A stretch of DNA of 64,000 bases from an uncultured Verrucomicrobiae bacterium (GTDB taxonomy: Bacteria; Verrucomicrobiota; Verrucomicrobiia; Limisphaerales; Palsa-1400): the NCBI GenBank assembly GCA_963707025.1, contig CAVPOM010000005.1:1-64000 (forward strand), given 5' to 3'. The translations under genes were made by a program, and so were the position numbers. Below are positions 28,568 to 37,300 of this stretch, piece by piece (the stretch's first letter is position 1; every line of letters starts with the position of its first letter). The notes beneath the pieces are model-generated. The model was not told the origin of the DNA. It did no database searches and saw only the letters and a program-made list of their open reading frames with translations.

Positions 28568-30046
28568 ATGCTGCTGACTTCCATCCTCTGCCTGCCCCTG
28601 CTGGCCGGGCTGCTCTGCCTGTTCGTCCGGCGGCGCGCGCTGGTGGAGATGCTCAACCTCGCCGCTTTCGGCGGCGTGTTGATCCCCGGCATAAGACTTT
28701 TCCACACGGTGGTGGCCGCCCCGGGCAGCGCCCGGACCGAGTGGGGCGAATTCCTGCGGGCCGACGCCTTGAGCGCGTGGATGGTGCTGCTCATCGCGGC
28801 CGTCTCGCTCGTCACCTCGCTTTACGCCGTGCGCTACTTCCGGCGCGACCTGGCCGCGGCCGTCGTGAGCGAGCGGCGCTGGCGTCAGTTTTACGTGCTG
28901 ACGCCGCTGTTTGCCACCGGCATGTTGCTCGTCGTGCTGGCCAATAACCTGGGGGTCATGTGGATTGCGGTGGAAGCGACCGCGCTTTCCTCCGTGCTGC
29001 TGGTGGCGCTCTACAACCGCCAGACCTCGCTGGAGGCGGCCTGGAAATACGTCATGCTCGGCGGCTTGGGCCTGGTGCTGGCCTTGTTCGGCACCATCTT
29101 CACCTACGCCGCGGCCATCGTCCACGCGCGCAGCGAGATGATTAGCTTTAACTGGTCCTCCCTCCTGGCCAAAGCCCCGCTCATGGATCACCACTTGATG
29201 ACGCTGGCCTTCCTTTTCGTCCTGGTCGGCTACGGCACCAAGGCCGGCCTGGCCCCGATGCACACCTGGCTGCCCGACGCCCACAGCGAAGCGCCCTCCC
29301 CCACCAGCGCCATGCTTTCCGGCGTGTCGCTGAAAATCGCCCTCTATGCCCTGCTCCGCTTCCACATTCTCACCTGCGCCTGTGTGGGCTCCGGCCTGAG
29401 CTGCCGCCTGCTGCTCGGCTTCGGCCTGTTTTCCATGCTCCTGGCCGGGCCTTTTATTCTCATGCAAAAGAATCTCAAGCGCATGCTGGCTTACTCCAGC
29501 CTGGAACACGTCGGCCTGATTTGCGCGGCGGTGGGCATGAACGCCCCGCTCACCGTCTTTGGCGCCATGCTGCACATGGGCTGCCACGCGATGGCCAAGC
29601 CCGTCCTGTTTTTTGCCGCCGGCAACATCCATCAGCAATATCACACCCTGGATTTCCGGCGCATCGGCTCCGGGCTGGCGCGCGTCATGCCGGTCACCGC
29701 CCTGCTCCTCGGCCTGGCCGCGGTGGCCGTGGGCGGCCTGCCGCCCTTTGGCCTGTTCGTCAGCGAGTTGACCGTCCTTGCCGGCGGCTTCACCTCCCAA
29801 CAATCCTGGGTCAGTGTTGTCATCCTGGCCTCGCTCATCGTCGTCTTCTGCGGCCTGCTCAACAAGTTCTCCGGCCTGCTGCTCGGTCCGGGCCAGGGCG
29901 GCGCCCCGCGGGAAGCCCTCTCCCTCTGCAATGTCGCGGCCATGGGCCTGCCGCTGGGGGCGCTGCTGCTGTTGACGGTCCGGCTGCCCGACTCCCTCTA
30001 CCAATTGCTGAATCAGGCCGCCGATATTATTCGAGGATCGCGATGA
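28568..30046 (+). CDS. hyfF: HyfF-like antiporter-type subunit, copy 1
   Basis: SLEAAWKY, GYGTKAGLAPMHTWLPDAHSEAP, KRMLAYSSLEH. Confidence 0.88.
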   Translation: MLLTSILCLPLLAGLLCLFVRRRALVEMLNLAAFGGVLIPGIRLFHTVVAAPGSARTEWGEFLRADALSAWMVLLIAAVSLVTSLYAVRYFRRDLAAAVVSERRWRQFYVLTPLFATGMLLVVLANNLGVMWIAVEATALSSVLLVALYNRQTSLEAAWKYVMLGGLGLVLALFGTIFTYAAAIVHARSEMISFNWSSLLAKAPLMDHHLMTLAFLFVLVGYGTKAGLAPMHTWLPDAHSEAPSPTSAMLSGVSLKIALYALLRFHILTCACVGSGLSCRLLLGFGLFSMLLAGPFILMQKNLKRMLAYSSLEHVGLICAAVGMNAPLTVFGAMLHMGCHAMAKPVLFFAAGNIHQQYHTLDFRRIGSGLARVMPVTALLLGLAAVAVGGLPPFGLFVSELTVLAGGFTSQQSWVSVVILASLIVVFCGLLNKFSGLLLGPGQGGAPREALSLCNVAAMGLPLGALLLLTVRLPDSLYQLLNQAADIIRGSR

Positions 30047-30098
30047 GGGGCTTTGTGAAAAATCCACCCAGCCGGCCAACCATGGAGAGGAGCGCGCC

Positions 30099-31652
30099 AT
30101 GCTGCTGATGCTTTTGGTCCTCGTGCCTCTGCTGGCCGGCCTGCTCTGCTGGCGGCTGCGGGAACCCGCCGCCCTGGAGCGGGTCAACCTTTTCGCCTTT
30201 GCGCTCAATGCCGCGCTGGCGGTGTGGCTGGGCGCGAAAGTCCTCGCGCAGGACACGGTCGAAGCCTTCGGCGGATTTCTGCGGGTGGATTCTCTCAGCG
30301 CGCTGGTCGTGGGACTCAACGCCTTCGTCGCGCTGGCCTGCGGCGTTTACGCGGTGGGCTATCTGCGCCAGGAGCAGCGCCTCGGCAAAGTTAACCCGGC
30401 CCTCTTGCGCCGGTACTATGTGCTGACGCCGGTTTTTGTGGGCACGATGATGGCCGCGCCGCTGCTCAACAACCTGGGCCTGCTTTGGGTGGCCATTGAA
30501 TCCACCACCCTGGCCTCGGTGTTGCTGGTGCGCTTTTACAATCAAAAAAGCTCCCTGGAAGCGGCCTGGAAATACATTATTATTGGCAGCGCGGGCATCG
30601 CCCTGGCCCTGTTTGGGACGGTGCTGGTCTATTCCTCGGCCGTGCAAGTCGTCGGCCTGGAGGCCGGGAACGGCTTCAACTGGTCGGTCCTGCGCGGGGT
30701 GGCCGACCAATGCCAGAAGGCCCCGATGCGCCTGGGGTTCATCCTCGTGCTGGTCGGCTACGGCACCAAGGCCGGCCTGGCCCCGATGCACACTTGGAAA
30801 CCGGATGCTTACGCCGAGGCGCCCGTCCCCTCCGCCGCCCTGCTGGGCGCGGCCTTCATCAATTGCGCCATCTACGGTATCATGCGTTTTTACGCGCTGG
30901 CCACCCAATGTCTTGGCCGCCAATACACCGGCCATCTCCTGGTCCTCTTCGGCGTCGCCTCCATTCTCATTGCCGCGCCATTCGTGGTGATCCAAAGAAA
31001 TTTCCGGCGGCTGCTCGCTTATTCGAGCATAGACCACGCCGGCATCATGGTCGCGGCCCTGGGCTTTGGCGGCGCGCTCGGCGCCCTGGCCGCCATGCTC
31101 CACATGGTCTTTCACTCAGTTACCAAACCGCTGCTGTTCTTTTGCGCGGGCAATGTGCAGCAACATTACGGCTCCCCTCATTTCCGCAAGATCAGCGGCG
31201 TCATCCACACTCTGCCCTTGACGGGCGGGCTGTTTCTGGTGGCCGCCTTCGCCGTCACCGGCCTGCCGCCTTTCAGCCTGTTCCAGAGCGAATTCCTGGC
31301 CCTCAGCGCCGCCCTGGCGGCGGACCGCCCCTGGGCGGCGGGATTCTTTATTGCGGGCGTCGTGGCCATTTTCGCCGGGTTCCTCGTGCGCATCTCCCGG
31401 CTCAGTCTCGGCCAGCCCGCCCCCGTCATGTCCCCCATTCCCAATCCTGATCTTAATCCTAATCTCAATCCTCATCTTAATCCCTATTCCCCCCAGCCGG
31501 CGCGCGACGCGGCCCCCGGCGCGGAAGGTCCCTGGAAGCTGGGGGCGATGCTGCTGGTGGCTGCGCCCGTCTTCACCTTGGGGCTGTACCTGCCTGCCCC
31601 GCTTTATGAACTGGCGCGCCGCGCCGCCCAAACGATAGGAGTCGCTCCATGA
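30099..31652 (+). CDS. hyfF: HyfF-like antiporter-type subunit, copy 2
   Basis: SLEAAWKY, GYGTKAGLAPMHTWKPDAYAEAP, RRLLAYSSIDH. Confidence 0.88.
   Translation: MLLMLLVLVPLLAGLLCWRLREPAALERVNLFAFALNAALAVWLGAKVLAQDTVEAFGGFLRVDSLSALVVGLNAFVALACGVYAVGYLRQEQRLGKVNPALLRRYYVLTPVFVGTMMAAPLLNNLGLLWVAIESTTLASVLLVRFYNQKSSLEAAWKYIIIGSAGIALALFGTVLVYSSAVQVVGLEAGNGFNWSVLRGVADQCQKAPMRLGFILVLVGYGTKAGLAPMHTWKPDAYAEAPVPSAALLGAAFINCAIYGIMRFYALATQCLGRQYTGHLLVLFGVASILIAAPFVVIQRNFRRLLAYSSIDHAGIMVAALGFGGALGALAAMLHMVFHSVTKPLLFFCAGNVQQHYGSPHFRKISGVIHTLPLTGGLFLVAAFAVTGLPPFSLFQSEFLALSAALAADRPWAAGFFIAGVVAIFAGFLVRISRLSLGQPAPVMSPIPNPDLNPNLNPHLNPYSPQPARDAAPGAEGPWKLGAMLLVAAPVFTLGLYLPAPLYELARRAAQTIGVAP
31443..31484. repeat. 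In-frame hexamer microsatellite (NATCYY)7 inside the second hyfF
   Basis: aatcct gatctt aatcct aatctc aatcct catctt aatccc, encoding NPDLNPNLNPHLNP. Confidence 0.9.
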
Positions 31653-33244
31653 ACCTGCTCCCCGGTCTGCAAATTGTGCTGGACGAATTGGCGCATCGTT
31701 TCGGCGCGCAAATCGAAGACGCCCTCGCTCCCCAACCCAACGAGCTTTATCTCCACACCAAACTGGAACTGGCCGGCGCCTTTTGCTCGGCGCTTTACAA
31801 AAAGCACAACGGCCGCCTGGCCGGCCTCTTTGCCGAGGACGCCCGCGCCACTCACAATGTGTTCTTTGTCTATTACCTTTATGTGCTGGACTCCGCCCAC
31901 GGCTTCGTCCTGGTGCGTGTTCCCATCCCGGGGGACAAACCGGAACTGCCGTCGCTGACCAACGCCGTTCACGCCGTCAACTGGCAGGAGCGGGAAATCC
32001 AGGATTTGTTTGGCATCAAATTGATCGGGCATCCCAACCCCAACCGCTGCGTGCTGCACGACGACTGGCCGGAGGTTTGGCCGCTGCGCAAGGACTTCGA
32101 GGCGCGGGCCAAGCTGCCGCCCTTCACCGGCACGCGGCACAAGTTCCGCCGCGTCGAAGGCGAAGGGGTGTTCCAGGTGCCGGTCGGCCCCGTCCATGCC
32201 GGCGTCATTGAGCCGGGCCATTTTCTGTTCAGCGTGGCGGGCGAACCGGTGCTCTACCTGCAATTGCGGATGTTTTACGTGCATAAGGGGATTGAGAAAC
32301 TGTTTGAGACGCTGCCCATTTCTCATGGGGTGCGGCTGGCGGAGAGCATTTCCGGGGATTCCAGCTTCGCGCATGCCACCGCCTTCTGCCACGCGCTGGA
32401 ACGGGCCGCGGCAAAGGAAGCGCCGCCGCGGGGGCGGGCGTTGCGCACCATTTGCCTGGAATTGGAGCGGCTCTACAACCATGTCGGCGACATCGGGGCG
32501 ATCTGCAACGACGTCGCGTTCGTCACCGCCAACATGCATGCCCTGCGGCTGAAGGAGAGCGTCCTGCGCCTGAACGAGGAATTGACCGGCAACCGCCTCC
32601 TGCGCGGCATGGCCTGCCCGGGCGGGGTGCGTTTTGATTTCGACGCCGGCCAACTGGGCGCCCTGGCCGCGCTGCTGGACCGGTTCGAGAAAGAGTTCAA
32701 GGTGCTGGTCGAATTGATCCGCTCCAATTCCGGCACCCGGGACCGGCTGGAAACCACCGGGGTGCTCAAGCCGGAAGTGGCGGCCAACCTGGGCATCGTG
32801 GGCCTGGCGGGGCGCGCCTCCGGCTTCGATCACGACCTGCGCCGGGATTGCCCCCACGCCTTTTATGACCAGGTGCAATTCAGCGTGCCGGTGTTCACCG
32901 AGGGCGACGTGCAGCGCCGCATGGTCGTGCGCCGCGAGGAACTGTTCCAATCCTGCGCCATCCTCCGGCAAGTGCTGGGGAAGCTGCCCGCCGGCCCCAT
33001 CGCCGCCCCCATCGGCGAAGTCCCGCCCGGCCGGGTGGCGCTGGGCTATGTGGAAGGCTGGCGCGGCGAGATTTTTCACTGGATCCACACCGCGCCCGGC
33101 AACCGGCTGGCCCGCTGCAAAATCAAGGATCCGTCCCTGCAAAACTGGCCGGCCCTGACCGAGGCCATTTTGGGCAACGTCATCCCGGATTTTCCGGCCG
33201 TCAACAAGAGTTTCAACCTGTCCTATTCGGGGACGGACCGCTGA
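31649..33244 (+). CDS. HyfG/HycE-like (NuoCD-like) large subunit lacking NiFe-binding CxxC motifs (Ehr large subunit)
   Basis: EREIQDLFG, WPLRKDF, GPVHAGVIEPGHF, HKGIEK, EGWRGE. The L1 position reads ESISGDS and the L2 position reads NLSYSGTDR, with no cysteines. Confidence 0.9.
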   Translation: MNLLPGLQIVLDELAHRFGAQIEDALAPQPNELYLHTKLELAGAFCSALYKKHNGRLAGLFAEDARATHNVFFVYYLYVLDSAHGFVLVRVPIPGDKPELPSLTNAVHAVNWQEREIQDLFGIKLIGHPNPNRCVLHDDWPEVWPLRKDFEARAKLPPFTGTRHKFRRVEGEGVFQVPVGPVHAGVIEPGHFLFSVAGEPVLYLQLRMFYVHKGIEKLFETLPISHGVRLAESISGDSSFAHATAFCHALERAAAKEAPPRGRALRTICLELERLYNHVGDIGAICNDVAFVTANMHALRLKESVLRLNEELTGNRLLRGMACPGGVRFDFDAGQLGALAALLDRFEKEFKVLVELIRSNSGTRDRLETTGVLKPEVAANLGIVGLAGRASGFDHDLRRDCPHAFYDQVQFSVPVFTEGDVQRRMVVRREELFQSCAILRQVLGKLPAGPIAAPIGEVPPGRVALGYVEGWRGEIFHWIHTAPGNRLARCKIKDPSLQNWPALTEAILGNVIPDFPAVNKSFNLSYSGTDR

Positions 33245-33246
33245 TT

Positions 33247-34140
33247 ATGTTTGACATCATTCGGCAAAGTTTGAAAACGGGGGTCGTGACCAGCCCTTAC
33301 CCGGCGGCCCCGGCGGAAGTCTCCGCGCGCGCGCGCGGCCGGCCGGAAATTGACTGGGCCAACTGGCAGGACGCCCGGCCCGCCGCGGCGGTGTGTCCCA
33401 CCGGCGCCATCTCCTTGGAGGACGCCAAGGGAGGGCAGGTCGCCCGGCTGGATCTGGCCAAGTGCATCTTCTGCGGCCTGTGCGCGGAAGCGGGCGCGGG
33501 CATCCGCATGACCAACCTGTGCGAATGCGCCGCCCGCCGGCGCGCCGACCTGGTGACCAGCGCCGGCTACAGTCTCAAGAACGACGGCTCGCACGAGCGG
33601 CTGGTTTCGCCGCCCGAGGCGGAAACACCCCGGCCCAGCGGGTCTTCCCCGGCGTCCGGCGAGTCCTTTGAAGCTCTCGGACGCCGCCTCAAGGAGCGGG
33701 CGGAGCAAATGTTCGGCCGTTCCCTCCATATCCGCCAGGTGGACGCCGGTTCCTGCAACGGCTGCGAAGTGGAAATCGCCGGGCTGAACAGCCCGGTTTA
33801 TGACATTGAGCGATTCGGCATTCATTTCGTCGCGTCGCCGCGCCATGCCGACTTGCTCCTGGTGACCGGCCCGGTCACGCGCAACATGGAACTGGCTTTG
33901 CGGAAAACTTACGAAGCCACGCCCGAGCCGCGACTGGTTGTGGCGGTGGGTGCGTGCGGCTGCAGCGGCGGCATTTTCGGCCAGAATTACGCCACTTGCG
34001 GCGGGGTGGATTCCATCCTGCCGGTGGATGTCTATATCCCCGGCTGCCCGCCCAATCCGCAGGCGTTGCTGCACGGAATCCTGACGGCCATCGGGCGGAT
34101 GGAACCGGCCGCGAGCCTCAGCCGCCGTCCGCGGGTGTGA
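33247..34140 (+). CDS. Ferredoxin-NuoB/HyfI fusion (Ehr small subunit)
   Basis: CIFCGLC; GSCNGCE, SPRHAD, AVGACG, IPGCPP. Confidence 0.9.
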   Translation: MFDIIRQSLKTGVVTSPYPAAPAEVSARARGRPEIDWANWQDARPAAAVCPTGAISLEDAKGGQVARLDLAKCIFCGLCAEAGAGIRMTNLCECAARRRADLVTSAGYSLKNDGSHERLVSPPEAETPRPSGSSPASGESFEALGRRLKERAEQMFGRSLHIRQVDAGSCNGCEVEIAGLNSPVYDIERFGIHFVASPRHADLLLVTGPVTRNMELALRKTYEATPEPRLVVAVGACGCSGGIFGQNYATCGGVDSILPVDVYIPGCPPNPQALLHGILTAIGRMEPAASLSRRPRV

Positions 34141-34353
34141 AATATCCACGGCAGGATAAGGACAGGATTGCTTTGCCAGCGGGTCCGGGCGCCCGCAACT
34201 TCGCTCACAACTGGATTAGTAATCAAAGTTGAGCCTGAGTTCTCCTGGCCACGGGATGGCCTTGACAAGGCCCGCGGGAGGAAAAAGCATGGCTTGCCGT
34301 CTAACTGGGCAGAGCGCCTGGCAGGAATGTCTTGCTGGCGATGCGATTGGATT

Positions 34354-37300
34354 ATGAAACGAATGATTAAGTTCCCGGTCTTTGCGCTGATGATGGCAAT
34401 ACAATTCTCATTGTGCGCGGGCCAGCGGGACGATTTGTGGCGGCAGGTCAATGACGCGGTGCAAAAGGGCCTGCCGAAAACTGCCATTACCAACCTGGAA
34501 CCGATCATCGCCGGCGCGCTCCAGGACAAGGCTTACCCCGAAGCGGCCAAGGCCATCGCAAAAAAAATCGCGCTGCAAGGAACCGTCGAAGGCAACAAAC
34601 CCGAGGAAAGGATTGTCCGGCTGGAAGCGGAAATGGCGCGCGCCCCCAAGGAAATGACGCCGGTGCTGGAAACCCTGCTGGCGCATTGGTATTGGCAGTA
34701 CTTTCAGCAGAATCGCTGGCGGTTCGTGCAGCGCACGGCGACGGCCCAGACGCCGGGAAAAGATTTTAGGACCTGGGACTTGCCACGGCTTTTTGCCGAA
34801 ATTGACCGGCACTTCCAACAGTCACTCGCGGCGGAAAAAATTCTCAAAGCCACGCCGATTAGCGCCTGGGATGACCTGATCGAAAAAGGCACGATGCCGG
34901 ACAGCCATCGGCCCACCCTCTACGATTTCATCGCCCAGGAGGCGCTGGAGTTTTACACCTCGGGCGAACAGGCGGCGGCCAAGCCCCAGGACGCCTTCGA
35001 GCTGGCGGCGGACAGTCCGATTTTTCTTTCGGCGGCGGAATTTCTAAACTGGGTGGATCGTCTGGCCGGCAATACGAACGCGGCGGCGGTGAGGGCCATG
35101 GTGATTTATCGCGATCTGCTGCGCTTTCATCAGAACGACCCCGCACCGCGGCTGGCGTTCGCGGCGGCGGATTTGGAGCGGCTGACCTGGGGCTGGAACG
35201 CGGCCTTCGGCGAGGACAAGAACGCGCGTTACAAGGCCGCGCTCGAAGCTTTTATCCGCGACTACGCCGATTTCGACATCTCGGCGCTCGCCAGCGAACG
35301 CGAAGGCCGCGTGCTTCAGCAGGAAGGCGATCTGGTCGCGGCCCATGATCTGGCCGGTCGCGGCGCGAAACTTTTTCCAAACTCGCCCGGCGGGAAACTT
35401 TGCCACAATCTGGCCATCGAAATCGAAGCGAAGTCGGCGGGGATCACCACCGAGCGGGTCTGGAACGCGCCGTGGCCGAAGATTTCCGTTCACTACAGGA
35501 ATGTGGAGGCCGTTTATTTTCGCGCCATTCCGGTGGATTGGGAAATGTTCCTGCAACGGAGCCATAATCGTCCGGAAAATCTGAGCGACGCGGAGCGCCG
35601 GGAAATTCTGGCCAAAGCTCCCGCGCTGGCCTGGTCGGCGAAATTGCCGCCGACGGCCGATTTCAAGGAGAAGACCTTCGCGGCGGACGCGCCGGAAAAC
35701 CTGAAACCGGGCCATTACTTTATCGCCGCAAGCCACGACGAGGGATTCGGCGAAAAGGACAACTTCGTTTCGATGGCGGAGGTTTGGGTGAGCGAATTGG
35801 CGCTGATCACGCGCACGCGCGGCGGCAATATCGAAGGCTTCGTCCTGGAGGCCAATTCCGGCGAGCCCGTCCGCGGCGCGGAAATTTCCGTCTGGCATCT
35901 GGACAATAACAACGGCAACCGCGTGGCCGATCCGAATCTGGCGACGGACACGAACGGATTTTTCTCCATGAAGCCGGAGCCAAATCGCGCCTACCTTTTT
36001 CGCGCGCGACACCACGGGAGGGAACTGGCCACGGCCCAGGACACCTGGTGGTATCCGTGGAACCAGCGGGAGGAACGGGGCCCGTATGCGGCGACCCTGT
36101 TCTTCACCGACCGGGCCATTTATCGGCCCGGGCAAATGATCCAATACAAGGGCATTTGTGTTTGGACGGATCCGACCAAGGACAACTATGAAACGCTCAA
36201 AGGCGAGCAGGTGACCGTGCTGTTCCGCGACGCCAACGGCAAGGAAGTAGCGCGGCAAAGCCAGCGGGCCAACGACTATGGGTCCTTCGCCGGGAGCTTC
36301 ACCGCTCCGCGCGACCGGCTGATGGGCGCGATGACATTGTCTGCCGAGGGGCGCGCGTCCGGCGCCGCCCATTTCCGGGTCGAAGAATACAAGCGTCCCA
36401 AGTTCGAGGTCACGCTGGAGGCGCCAACCACGGCGGCGAAGCTGAACGAAACGGCCAGCCTCACCGGCCACGCCATGAGCTACACCGGCGCGGCGGTGGA
36501 CGGCGCGGAAGTCAAATATCGCGTGGTGCGCGAGGTGCGGATGCCATGGTGGTGGGGTTGGTGGGGGCGCGGCCCGCAAAATCAGAGCCAGGAAATTGCC
36601 CACGGCACGGCGCGGACTGGCGCCGACGGCTCGTTCAAAATAGAATTCACGGCAAAACCCGACCCGAAGGTATTGGAAAAGGACGAGCCGACTTTTGTTT
36701 TCCAAATCAGCGCCGACGTGACGGACGGCGCGGGCGAAACCCGCTCGGCGGAGCGCGGCGTGCGGGTTGGCTACACCGCGCTGGAAGCCATGCTTTCGGC
36801 GGACGATTGGCAGACGGCGGACAAGCCGGTGGAAATGAGCATCGCCACAAAGACGCTGGACGGCGAGCCGCAGCCGGCGGAAGGCAGCGTGAAAATTTAC
36901 GAGTTGCAACCGCCGGAAAAAGTGCAGCGCGGGCCGCTGGCCGGAGGATATTCTTATTGGGGCGGACAGCCCGGCAATGGCAGCGGGGACGAGAACGATT
37001 TGGCAGATCCCAACCACTGGCCGCTGGGCAAGGTCGCGGCGGAACACGCCTTCAGCACGGACACCAATGGCGCGGTGAAGCTGTCCTTCGCTCTCGGCGC
37101 GGGCGCCTATCGGGCAGTGTTGGAGACGCAGGATCGTTTTGGCAAACACGTTACCGGCAGGCTGCCGCTGCGCGTGCTGCAGCCGGACGCGGCGAAGCTG
37201 GCGATCAAGATTCCGCATCTGCTGACGGCGCCGCATTGGGAGGCGCAGCCGGGGGAAGAGTTCCTGGCGCTGTGGGGGACGGGCTACGACGAAGGCCGCG

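Noticed and set aside
31649..33244. Functional group 4 [NiFe]-hydrogenase or formate hydrogenlyase
   Set aside because: Both Ni-binding CxxC motifs are absent.
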